Assembly (NCBI GenBank): GCA_021202395.1
Contig: JAJQDC010000044.1
Coordinates: forward strand, 137-64,136
Direction of reading: 5' to 3'
Origin: Clostridia bacterium
GTDB taxonomy: Bacteria; Bacillota; Clostridia; Christensenellales; Borkfalkiaceae
Length of the DNA stretch: 64,000 nt
A model generated the notes under the pieces. The model was not told the origin of the DNA. It saw only the letters and a list, made by a program, of their open reading frames with translations, and made no database searches. The position numbers were made by a program, and so were the translations under genes. Below are positions 28,797-38,132 of the stretch, piece after piece. Positions within the stretch are counted from its first letter, which is position 1; each line of letters starts with the position of its first letter.

Positions 28797-29026
28797 TGCT
28801 GTTCAAAAATCTTTGCTGCGATTTTTAAAGACAAACCATTCTCTGCTTTGCTTCGAATGTTTTTTCTTTCTTTTGCGCATTTGCCAGGGGCATAGATATT
28901 ATATAATGCGCAAAATTCAATCTTTTACCTGAATATCAAGGGGTTTTGGGCATAACAAGTGAAGCCCAAAACTCATTATTATTTTTAATAAGCCGCAAAT
29001 TGCTACGCAATTATGCGAATTTTTAC
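28797..29026 (-). promoter_or_regulatory. Conserved ~230-bp upstream block (candidate promoter plus structured leader/operator) of kduI
   Basis: Nearly identical to the block upstream of kdgK (51456..51694). It holds palindromes at 28797-28819 and at 28871-28880 with 28906-28915, and a hairpin at 28944-28973. A candidate minus-strand promoter is TTGTTA (28953-28958), N17, TATTCA (28930-28935). Confidence 0.5.
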
Positions 29027-29035
29027 TTATGTGCC

Positions 29036-29260
29036 GCCTCACTTGGCTGTCCGCGCGTTCGCGCGAGATCTTTCGACTACGCTCAAGATGACGAGTTTGG
29101 TCTGACGCTATAATACGGTTGAATTCTTTCAAATAAATCTACCTTATAGCGGCACAAAAGTCTATGTCATTGCGAGCGGTCTCTACCGCGTGGCAATCTC
29201 GCGAGTACTCGCGGATGGCGGAGCAACAACGCCACACAAGTTATTTAAAAATAATACGTC
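29036..29260. repeat. Intergenic hairpin repeat modules
   Basis: Contains gatctttcgactacgctcaagatgac and gtcattgcgagcggtctctaccgcgtggcaatctcgcgagtactcgcgg. The latter recurs inverted at 62390-62425 and partially at 63885. An identical copy is at 49218..49442. Confidence 0.55.
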
Positions 29261-29312
29261 TATTCTTAAATAATTCTCCGCCTTTTCATTTAACAAAAAC
29301 TCAAACGGCTAC

Positions 29313-29340
29313 CCGTATGTGCGGTAAGCCGCACATACGG
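29313..29340 (-). terminator. Terminator after the TIM-barrel isomerase gene
   Basis: 12-bp stem ccgtatgtgcgg pairs with ccgcacatacgg, loop taag. On the minus strand it is followed by ...gtttgagtttttgtt. An identical copy is at 49495..49522. Confidence 0.55.
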
Positions 29341-29355
29341 ACCGTTGGATTCAGT

Positions 29356-30201
29356 TTATACTTCGTTCCACTTTTCTCGCAGGAATGCGGAACAAGGTAC
29401 TATATTTTCGCCCGTGGTGCCTTCAAGCACGAGCTTTGCGTTTTTGTCGTATGCCTTGATGCGCTTTAATATCGCATCAAAGTCAAAAACGCCCTTCCCC
29501 GGGGGAACCTGCTTTACCTTGTTTTCAGCTTCGTCAAACACGTAGTCCTTTATGTGGAACACGCATATTTTGCCTGCAAAGGTTTCAAGCCCCTCGTCTA
29601 AAATTTTAAGATAGTCTGCGTGGTTAGACGCGTCAAGATAATTGTAAATATCAAATATAACCTTTATATTTGGCAGGTTAATGCCGTCTATAGCGCGCTT
29701 AAGCGTCTGTACGTTGTAACATACATGCCCTGCTGCGCCTTCCATACCGATATTTACACCCCTTTCCCCTGCAAATTCGGCAAGCTCCTTAAAGGTAGCC
29801 GTAACCCTTGAAAGCGCTTCTTCGGTGCGGTTTAAGGGGTTGTACGTCCACTTATCGTCGTTGAACGAACCCGTCTCCGAGCCGACTATATTGCAGCCAA
29901 GGTTTTTGCAGTATGTAAGGTATTCTTTAAAGACGGCAATGCCGTTTGCAACCTTTTCGGGGTTGGAGTGTACGGGGTTAAAGTAAGCGCCTATTAAGCC
30001 TACGTCTATGCCGTTTGCCCTTAAAGTATCCCCGATCCAACGGGAATTTTCTTCGTTGAGCTGGCCGGGCTGGTACTTCAGCTCGTCCATAAATTTATAT
30101 GCAACAAGCTGTACCCCGTCTATGCCGCATCCCTTTACTCTGGCTACGGCGGGCTCTAACCCCCTTACGCCCAGGTCGTGCGTGCGGAACTCTATTTTCA
30201 T
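29356..30201 (-). CDS. Sugar-phosphate isomerase/epimerase (xylose-isomerase-like TIM barrel), copy 1
   Basis: 281 aa starting MKIEFRTHDLG. Conserved VFHIKD block typical of the AP_endonuc_2/xylose isomerase-like fold. The start overlaps the stop of the preceding reading frame (TAATG). The 318-aa ORF in the track is an upstream extension and is not believed. Confidence 0.6.
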   Translation of the reverse strand: MKIEFRTHDLGVRGLEPAVARVKGCGIDGVQLVAYKFMDELKYQPGQLNEENSRWIGDTLRANGIDVGLIGAYFNPVHSNPEKVANGIAVFKEYLTYCKNLGCNIVGSETGSFNDDKWTYNPLNRTEEALSRVTATFKELAEFAGERGVNIGMEGAAGHVCYNVQTLKRAIDGINLPNIKVIFDIYNYLDASNHADYLKILDEGLETFAGKICVFHIKDYVFDEAENKVKQVPPGKGVFDFDAILKRIKAYDKNAKLVLEGTTGENIVPCSAFLREKWNEV

Positions 30202-31337
30202 TATCTCTGAACGCGGCCGCTGCCGTCGCCGCCGGCAAGAGCTTCTACTTCCTTGCCCCTGCCGCGGCGCGTTTTGATACGCAGCCCCCTGTCGGTATGG
30301 CGGAAAAGGCACTGGCTTACGGTAAGGTTTTTTATACCGCCGCTCATCTCGCTGCCCAATACTATCGCACCGTGCCCGTCCTGGAACAGGTTGTTGCGCA
30401 GCGTATGGTGGTTAGCCGGCGTGTGGTATGTCTTAGCCATATAAATTTTACCCGCTTTAATTGCAACGCAGTCGTCGCCCACGCTGAACACGCAGCCGAC
30501 TATATCTACCTTGTCGCAGCTTTCGGGGTCAAGCCCGTCGGTATTGGGGCCTGTATAAGGGTTCTGTACTTTTACGTCGTAGAACCCAAGGTTATCAGAA
30601 AAGAAGGGATGCAGGTTCCACGCACCTGAATTTTTGCAGGTTACGCCGTGGAATACTACGTTGTTGCACTGGTTTAAAAATACCAGGCGGGGGCGGGCAA
30701 CCTTCCTGCCCTTGGGCGTAGCCCACCACGTAGAGTTATCTGCATTGCCGTTTATCGTGCCTTCGCCGACAATTTTTATATTTTTCTGGCGGAAGGCAGA
30801 AACAAAAGACTGGTGGCAATCCCAGGGATCCCCCTCCCACGAAGCCATTACAACTTCTTTGCCGCCTTCGTATATACGTGCGGGGATGTAGGGGTAATCT
30901 TCTTCTTTAACGCTGCCAAGAAGGGTTGCACCCTTGGCAAGTTCAAGCGTTATATCGCTCTTTAAAACAATGGGGCGGGTATAGTATGTACCTGCGGGGA
31001 CATACACCCTGCCGCCTGCGGGGCAGCTGTCTATAGCCATCTGGATGTAGTAAGTATCGTCCGTTACGCCGTCTCCCTTTGCGCCCAATGCTTTTAAATC
31101 TACTACTGCAGATTCCTTTTCCGTATGGAAATAAAGCGAGCTGTCTTCGCAGGATACGGTAACTACATATTCCGTATCAGGCGTAAGGTTGAATAAAGAG
31201 AATACGTTTGCATCCGATTCAGCGGCTTTTTCGCCGTTTAAAAACACGGTGTATTTGCCGCAGGGGTTGTAATAGGGGTTGGTATTGTCAAATTCAAAGC
31301 ACGCCGACGTGCCTGAAGCAAAAAGTTTTTTAAGCAT
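30201..31337 (-). pseudogene. Chimeric truncated GH28 (about residues 1-363 of 512) fused in frame to the last 15 codons of kdgK
   Basis: The translation is identical to the intact GH28 up to ...RIKTRRGRGKE. It then continues VEALAGGDGSGRVQR*, which is the C-terminus of KdgK (50383..51411). The junction lies at the 9-bp microhomology 30248-30256. Confidence 0.85.
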
Positions 31338-32091
31338 TTTCCACCTCGCTCACTTTCTTTTCCTTCACTTTTTTTATTAATTTTTTTATTAAAAAGACTA
31401 TCAGGTCTTTTATGCCGATAAAAATCATATCTACTATCAGGCAGAACACGCCGAACAAAAGCGGCTCTACGCCTGCGTAAATTCCGATTATGTCGAGCAA
31501 ATAATACATTGCCCCGACAAAGAAAACAACTACCAGATAGTAAATTATATTGGTAAGGATAGTCCAGAACTGCTTGAACGGGAAGGGAAACATCATATAA
31601 TTGTTAAATTCCTTCTTGTCCGATTCCATCATTCTGAAAATGGGGTTGACCATGCAGTCTACTATAATACCCATAACCACGCCGCAGATGAAGTACAAAT
31701 CTAACGTAGCGGCATCAGACAGATCTCCGCTGTCGTCTACAAACAATGCACCGATTGCCATAAATACAAAGTAGCACACAACGCCAAAGAACCAGAATTT
31801 TATAAATGAAGCGCTCAGCCACTTAGGTATGCGTGAAAGTTTATCGCGCTTGTACGGGTCAAATTCCTTCTTCTTTTTAGATCTTTTTTTGTGTTTGCCG
31901 TCTTCGTCTACATCGTCTTCTTCGCCCGTTATTTCGGCGATGTTCATTGTAGGCACGGGTGTGGTTTCGTCTGCCTCCCCTTTTAAGGCGGCAACGAGCT
32001 CATCCATCTCTTTGGTTTTTAAGTCGTAAAAGTCTTCTATATTAGTTTCTTTGGGTTTGGGTTTGTAGTTACTCTTATTCTTTTTAGCCAT
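31330..32091 (-). CDS. Small 4-TM membrane protein (253 aa), copy 2
   Basis: Translation identical to 11148..11909 (offset +20182). Confidence 0.6.
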   Translation of the reverse strand: MAKKNKSNYKPKPKETNIEDFYDLKTKEMDELVAALKGEADETTPVPTMNIAEITGEEDDVDEDGKHKKRSKKKKEFDPYKRDKLSRIPKWLSASFIKFWFFGVVCYFVFMAIGALFVDDSGDLSDAATLDLYFICGVVMGIIVDCMVNPIFRMMESDKKEFNNYMMFPFPFKQFWTILTNIIYYLVVVFFVGAMYYLLDIIGIYAGVEPLLFGVFCLIVDMIFIGIKDLIVFLIKKLIKKVKEKKVSEVENA

Positions 32092-32180
32092 TTTGTTCCT
32101 TTTTTAAAAATAACCGACAAAAATTAATTTGCCGGTTATTATCAAATGTAATTTACTATCGGCATTGAAAAACAATGCTA

Positions 32181-32810
32181 TTAATCTGCATCCTGCAAGT
32201 CGATTTCGCCAACGTTGCCGGCAGCAGATTCTACTTCTTTCCTTGTGTTGATCTTCATAAGAAGTTTTCTCCACAAAGGTAATGTTGCAAGAAGAACTGC
32301 GCCAATAGCAAGCAATACTATATGTACTATAGCGATTGCAAGCGAAGCGGTATCTGCACTGGCATAAGGCAATTTAGAAACATCGTTTATCGCTCTTAAT
32401 CCTGTGATTTCGTTATAGAAAACTATATCAAAGAATATAAGCATTGCGGTAAATACGTATGTTACTACCATCATGGGTATACTTGCTTTTTTGTGCTTGG
32501 GGAATATACGCATATAAGCTACTATTGCAAGTAACGAAAACAGCGTGCATCCGAATACGCAAAGAGCAGACCATGTCTGGTCGTTACCATAGTTCTGTGT
32601 AACGCATTTAGAAAAATTGGTAAGCGCTACAAGGTAAACTACGCAGGCAACTAAATAGAAAACAAACGGAATGTTCTGAGGTTTTCTTTTAAGGTTAACT
32701 GTTTGTTTGCGGAGCCACTCCTTAAAACCGCCTTTAGACTTCTTTACCTTTGCGGGCTTTGCTTCGGGCTGTTCAACTTCGGGCTGCAATACATTTTCAT
32801 TTTCTGCCAT
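32181..32810 (-). CDS. Small 4-TM membrane protein (209 aa), copy 2
   Basis: Translation identical to 11999..12628. Confidence 0.6.
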   Translation of the reverse strand: MAENENVLQPEVEQPEAKPAKVKKSKGGFKEWLRKQTVNLKRKPQNIPFVFYLVACVVYLVALTNFSKCVTQNYGNDQTWSALCVFGCTLFSLLAIVAYMRIFPKHKKASIPMMVVTYVFTAMLIFFDIVFYNEITGLRAINDVSKLPYASADTASLAIAIVHIVLLAIGAVLLATLPLWRKLLMKINTRKEVESAAGNVGEIDLQDAD

Positions 32811-32818
32811 AATTCACC

Positions 32819-33883
32819 TCACCTTATCGCCTGTGTAGTTTCTTTATCAAAGAAGTGCATTCTGTCAGATTCGAAACCGATTGTGATTTCGTCGCCGTAC
32901 TTGTAATGGCACCACTCAGGGAACTTGCAGACAACTATTTTTCCGTTGATTTTGCCGTGAACCAGGGTATTCATACCAAGGTTTTCGTTGTTGTCAACTT
33001 TAAGGGGAACGTTACCTTCGCGCGTGATATTTTCGGGGCGGACGCCAAGAATTACTTCTTTGCCTTCGTATTCCTGTAAAAGGGTTTGCTGCTCTTCGGT
33101 TAAAGGATATTCAAACCATTCAGATACGAATTTGTCGCCTTCTACCTTGCCTTCTATCATGTTCATGGGGGGTAAGCCTATGAATGTAGCAACAAAGGTA
33201 TTTGCGGGGTAATCGTACAGCTCTATGGGTTTACCAATCTGCTGAACATGCCCCATACTCATGCACACAATCCTGTCGGCAAGCGTTAAAGCTTCCGTCT
33301 GGTCGTGGGTAACGTACATTATCGTTGCGTTAAGCTTTTTGTGTAAAAGCATTATCTCCCTTCTCATAGAGCCGCGCAGCTGTGCGTCAAGGTTAGAAAG
33401 CGGTTCGTCAAACAGGAATACTTTGGGGTTACGTACTATTGCACGGCCCATAGCAACACGCTGGCGCTGGCCGCCTGAAAGCTGGCGGGGCTTTTTGTTG
33501 AGCTGGGGTTTAAGATCAAGGATTTCTGCAGCCGCCATAACTTTGCGGTGGATAACCTCTTTCTTTTCTTTACGAAGGGTAAGCGAAAATGCCATGTTTT
33601 CGTAAATGGTCATATGGCCGTACAGAGCGTAGTTCTGGAAAACCATGGCTATGTCTCTGTCTTTGGGGGGCAGACGGGTGCAATCTTTGCCGTCTATTAT
33701 AAGATTACCGTTAGATATATCTTCAAGCCCCGCTACCATACGGAGTGTAGTAGACTTGCCGCAGCCGGAAGGGCCTACAAGTACTATAAGTTCACCGTCG
33801 TGAATGTCAAGGTTGAAATCGAATACAGCCTGGACATTGCCGTCGTAAATTTTATCTACGTGCTGGATATTAACTTCAGGCAT
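32819..33883 (-). CDS. ABC ATP-binding protein paralog A, copy 2
   Basis: Translation identical to 12637..13701. Confidence 0.85.
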   Translation of the reverse strand: MPEVNIQHVDKIYDGNVQAVFDFNLDIHDGELIVLVGPSGCGKSTTLRMVAGLEDISNGNLIIDGKDCTRLPPKDRDIAMVFQNYALYGHMTIYENMAFSLTLRKEKKEVIHRKVMAAAEILDLKPQLNKKPRQLSGGQRQRVAMGRAIVRNPKVFLFDEPLSNLDAQLRGSMRREIMLLHKKLNATIMYVTHDQTEALTLADRIVCMSMGHVQQIGKPIELYDYPANTFVATFIGLPPMNMIEGKVEGDKFVSEWFEYPLTEEQQTLLQEYEGKEVILGVRPENITREGNVPLKVDNNENLGMNTLVHGKINGKIVVCKFPEWCHYKYGDEITIGFESDRMHFFDKETTQAIR

Positions 33884-34472
33884 TTGCCACCTCCTGTGCG
33901 TCCTTTTCGTCAAGGTCCTTTAATGCAGCCTCTACCGAAACGGAACCTTCATCAATGGCTTTGTTGAATTTTTCAAGCTTTCTTGCGCGGGTGTAACCGA
34001 ATATAGCAGAAGCTACAAGGCATGCAGCGCTGAGCACAAGGAATATAATCATCACAGCTGAAAATTCACCTTTCTGCATTGTGTGCCAGAAGAAATATGT
34101 ATAAATATCGCCGTCTGTTGTTGTTGTGTTTAAAACTTTGATAGGATAATAGAATATCCTTATAATCTGAACTACTGCAAGAGCCAAAAGCGTAATGCTG
34201 TACTTCCAGTTATAAGCTCTAATTCCTTCTTCTGCAAGCATTGTAACAAGTAAGAAGCAAAGGTTTACCACAACGGATATACCTATTGTAATTGTATTGA
34301 ATGCCGTAACGTTTACGCTATAGAATACCATAAAGTATAAACATTCAAACACAAGGCTTAAAAGAGCAAAGTTTGCAGCAGTTTTGTTGCGCTTATAGCG
34401 CATAACGTCTGTCTGAATTATCTGCTCGCTTGTTTCGGGCATAGCAGACATCTGGGAGAGTTTATTTTCCAT
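33876..34472 (-). CDS. Small 4-TM membrane protein (198 aa), copy 2
   Basis: Translation identical to 13694..14290. Confidence 0.6.
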   Translation of the reverse strand: MENKLSQMSAMPETSEQIIQTDVMRYKRNKTAANFALLSLVFECLYFMVFYSVNVTAFNTITIGISVVVNLCFLLVTMLAEEGIRAYNWKYSITLLALAVVQIIRIFYYPIKVLNTTTTDGDIYTYFFWHTMQKGEFSAVMIIFLVLSAACLVASAIFGYTRARKLEKFNKAIDEGSVSVEAALKDLDEKDAQEVANA

Positions 34473-34475
34473 AGT

Positions 34476-35075
34476 TTACGCTACCTCCTGAACTTCGGAT
34501 ACGTTCTGTCCGTTAGCAAGAAGTTCTTTTTCGCCCTTCATAAGCTTAATTTTCCAGACAAGGTTGTAAGCAAGCGCAGCTGCGTCTAAAAGCACTATTA
34601 CCGCAAGCACATAACCAAGATAATAAATTGTCTGGTTGTCGCCGTAAAGCCTTGCAGAACCGTCTGCCCAGTTTGCAAGCCCATCCCAGTCAACTTCGGA
34701 AAGACCTACCTGAACAGAAGCGGTAAGCGCTATGCAAACAATAGCCCATACTACGCAGTAACCGATTGCTATACCTACCGTAATGTAGTTGGATATGTAA
34801 TAATTGCGCCTTTTGTTACTTGCAAATATGTAACATGCAACTATTACAAGTACAAATATTATTCCCAGCCATAAAAGTATGTCGTTATAATCTTGTGCCA
34901 GCCAATAAACATTTTCTGCACCGTAAGGGTCTTTCTTATTTGAATAAGCAGACGTTACGCGCGCAAGATATGTTATCGCACCCGTGCAAAAGCCGAAGGC
35001 GTATACAATGGTAAGCGCAGCTATAACAAGCGAAACCGTGAATAATATTTTTTGAAACCGCATTTGAGTTTTCAT
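34476..35075 (-). CDS. Small 4-TM membrane protein (199 aa), copy 2
   Basis: Translation identical to 14294..14893. Confidence 0.6.
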   Translation of the reverse strand: MKTQMRFQKILFTVSLVIAALTIVYAFGFCTGAITYLARVTSAYSNKKDPYGAENVYWLAQDYNDILLWLGIIFVLVIVACYIFASNKRRNYYISNYITVGIAIGYCVVWAIVCIALTASVQVGLSEVDWDGLANWADGSARLYGDNQTIYYLGYVLAVIVLLDAAALAYNLVWKIKLMKGEKELLANGQNVSEVQEVA

Positions 35076-35175
35076 ATCATTTCCCCAAATCGTAATGTTT
35101 TACCGTGGCGCCCGCCCGCAAGCGGGCGCCGCGTAAACATATTTAATTTTTATTATTTTTTTGTAGTTTTAACGA

Positions 35176-37872
35176 TTAGAGCAAGAAGCTGATATAATCG
35201 TCATAGTATCCGCTGATGTCAGCCCATGCTTCCTGCATGTATGCTACATATGTGCTGAGATTGTAAGAGTTATTAAGAAGGTCTATACAAGCCTGAGCCG
35301 TTGCAGGGAGTGTAACTGATTCAAAGTACGTAGGCTGGTAACCATGACCAGATGTAAGGCCGTAGTATGTGATATCAATGTAGAAGTTGGTTGAGTTGCT
35401 TGAGCTTGATGCAAATACGGTGTTATCAAGGTCGTCTGCATTGTTGCTTATCCAGTTTGCAACGTCGTTTGCATAAGGAAGGGTTGAAGTAACTTCGGTG
35501 TACCAGTAGCCCTTGCCGTTATCGGAACCTACCTGCTGATATACGTGAGCGATAGTGCCGTTGGTAAGGCCTGCTGCTACGATGCTTGCACCGTTGATAC
35601 CCTGCTGTGATGTGCACTGATATTCAAATGCCTGCAGTTTGTTACCTATAGGAAGGCAAGCGCCTATCATGTAACGTGCATAGTTGGTGTAGCTTCTTAC
35701 GGCTGATTTTGCAAGCTGGCTCTGAGCTGTGCCGTTTACGCTCTTGCCGTAGTAGAATGCAAGGTTAGAATTTGTAACGGTAGGATACTGTTTGCCCTTG
35801 TAGTATGTACCTGTGTAAAGCTTGTTGTTGTAGCAGAAGTACTGAGAAGCATAGTCGCTGTTGATATAGTACTGGCCGCCGACCATTGTTGCAACGCTGC
35901 TGATGCTTACGTTTGTAACTTCGGTTGCGTACCACCAGCCGTCGTCAGACGTACCTGTGTAATCGGATGTAGCGTCTGTGCAGTTGTTGGTAGAAGACTG
36001 TGTACCAAAGCTCATAAGTATCTGGCCGTCGTTAGAATAGAAGTAATCTACAAATGCAAGAACTGCTGCAAGTTTTTCGGGATCGTTTTCTACAGATGCT
36101 CTGGGAATAGCTGCTGCAGAAGACTTAACTGAACGCCAGCTTTCGGTGAAGCGCATGTACTTGTAGTCGCCGTCGTAGTCGTAAGATATACCGTCTACGT
36201 TAGCCTTTGTAGATGTGCTGCCGTCATCCCACTTAGAAACGGGTGTAACTATAGGTGCATAGTTGTAACCGTCTTCTATCTGGCCGGAAGCAAGACCCAT
36301 ATCGGTGAAGCCGCCGGTTGCGGTCTGTGTCTGAACATAGTCATACTGCATTAAAGCTTCGCATGTGCCGGATTTATAGTAACTGTTACTATCAGATGCT
36401 TTTACGCCTGATGTATCATCTGCGTTGTATAAACCTTCCTGAGTCATCTTGTGCATCTTATCAAGAGCTTCGTAGCTGTCTAAGTCTGCACGTGCGTTCT
36501 GAAGGTCGCCGTTTTCATCTACATAAGTATATGTGTAACGTGATTCAAGGCCGCGCACGCCGTAAAGTTCGCCTGCAAGGTTGAACATGTTGTTCATACG
36601 CTGAGCTGTTGACTGCCTGCCGGTAAGGCCGTATACAAGGGTATTATCGGTATATGTGCCGCCGTTTGAATATGTGTTAAGGTTGGTTATGTTGTAGCAG
36701 CATACGCAGCGCATCATAGCAACCAACAGGTCTACGTCCCATGCAGCGTCATAGCCGTTGAATACGTCTGAACGTGTGCTGTAGTATGTATTGCCGTTAG
36801 AATCAAGATATGCAACGTCTACATAAGCCTGAAGTATGCTGGTGAGCTGTGCGCCCGTAGCTTCGCCGCTTGTAGCGTTGATAGCTGCGTTCTGAAGGTC
36901 TACGATGTTGCCGCTTGTAAGGTTGCCAACAGTAACGCCTGCAGCGGTAAGGGCTTTGCCGAGTGCAGTTGTGCTGTCATTTGCAGCTTCAAGAGCTTTG
37001 TCGTAGCTAACAGTAATGGTAACTGTTTCGTCTTCATCATCGGGGTCGGTGCTTTCTATCCACCAGCTGCCCGTTGTACCCATAAATGATTCGCAGGAAG
37101 CTTCGGTAGATGTATAACCGTAACCTGAGTTGTTAACTTTAGCAGCTTTAGCTTCTACCTGGTCTTTGAATGTAAGCGTGTCAGAAGGCTGTGTGGTGCT
37201 GTCAAGTATAACTGACATCCAGTTCTTTTTAGCAAGAACGTAGTCTTCTATATCGTCGTTACCATCAAAGTAAGGCATGTAGTAGATAGCACCTGTATCA
37301 GTATCTGATGTCAGGGACATGTATACGATGGGGTTATCTGTAAGGAACTTTTTAAAGTTGGGCATATAGTCAAGATAGAGCGAAAGGTCAAGGAACTGAT
37401 CGCTGCTTGCCGATGCCTGTGTTGTAATGGTGCTTGTGCCGCCGGTTACAACATTGTAGTTGTTCAGCACGCCTGTAGATAAGTTGGTTGTTATCTGTTC
37501 TGTATCAGACATGTTGGTGTAGCTGTCGGTAAGCGTTACGTCAAGCACTTCCTGAAGACCCTGCCATGCGGGTTTGAGTGAGCCGTTGGAATATTCAACG
37601 CCGTCGGGCATTGCTACGGTACCTGTAAAGTTACCTGATGTATAGGCTATGTTTGCAGGCATATCCGTTGCTTTGTAACCTACGTTCATGTTAAGTTCTA
37701 TACCGGAAGTATAGGAAAGGTTGCCGTCATCATCAGTGCTGACTTCAAGTACTTCCTGGCTGGCGGAAAGCACCTTCAGCGTCCTGGTGTTACATGCTGT
37801 AACGCTAAGGCACATAGAGCTTGCCAGCACAAGACTTACTACGGCAATCGCAACTTTTTTTGTCTTGTTCAT
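35176..37872 (-). CDS. Large solute-binding lipoprotein, copy 2
   Basis: Translation identical to 14994..17690. Confidence 0.6.
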   Translation of the reverse strand: MNKTKKVAIAVVSLVLASSMCLSVTACNTRTLKVLSASQEVLEVSTDDDGNLSYTSGIELNMNVGYKATDMPANIAYTSGNFTGTVAMPDGVEYSNGSLKPAWQGLQEVLDVTLTDSYTNMSDTEQITTNLSTGVLNNYNVVTGGTSTITTQASASSDQFLDLSLYLDYMPNFKKFLTDNPIVYMSLTSDTDTGAIYYMPYFDGNDDIEDYVLAKKNWMSVILDSTTQPSDTLTFKDQVEAKAAKVNNSGYGYTSTEASCESFMGTTGSWWIESTDPDDEDETVTITVSYDKALEAANDSTTALGKALTAAGVTVGNLTSGNIVDLQNAAINATSGEATGAQLTSILQAYVDVAYLDSNGNTYYSTRSDVFNGYDAAWDVDLLVAMMRCVCCYNITNLNTYSNGGTYTDNTLVYGLTGRQSTAQRMNNMFNLAGELYGVRGLESRYTYTYVDENGDLQNARADLDSYEALDKMHKMTQEGLYNADDTSGVKASDSNSYYKSGTCEALMQYDYVQTQTATGGFTDMGLASGQIEDGYNYAPIVTPVSKWDDGSTSTKANVDGISYDYDGDYKYMRFTESWRSVKSSAAAIPRASVENDPEKLAAVLAFVDYFYSNDGQILMSFGTQSSTNNCTDATSDYTGTSDDGWWYATEVTNVSISSVATMVGGQYYINSDYASQYFCYNNKLYTGTYYKGKQYPTVTNSNLAFYYGKSVNGTAQSQLAKSAVRSYTNYARYMIGACLPIGNKLQAFEYQCTSQQGINGASIVAAGLTNGTIAHVYQQVGSDNGKGYWYTEVTSTLPYANDVANWISNNADDLDNTVFASSSSNSTNFYIDITYYGLTSGHGYQPTYFESVTLPATAQACIDLLNNSYNLSTYVAYMQEAWADISGYYDDYISFLL

Positions 37873-38132
37873 TTTATTCTCCTTATTTTTATAAAAATCT
37901 TTTTATAATATAAACCCCGAACTTAAGGCTTATATACTGATTGGGTTTTTGGGTGGATAAGGGTTTGCCTTACCCTGTTTGGCTTCCCCTTGAGGGGAAA
38001 GCAAGATTTACTTTTTCGGGTTGGAGATCTCTCCGCTACGGTCGAGATGACAGGCGGGCGTTGCCGCCTGTACAGCCCCGCAGGGCTGTCATTTCGAGTG
38101 GAGCGTAGCGCAATCGAGAAATCTATTCCTTA

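Noticed and set aside
29356-30312. 318-aa ORF in the track (N-terminus MPFPPYRQGAAYQNAPRQ...)
   Set aside because: This is an out-of-context upstream extension created by the duplication junction. The authentic gene is the 281-aa MKIEFRTHD... protein, as seen in copy 2 (49538..50383) with its TAATG coupling.
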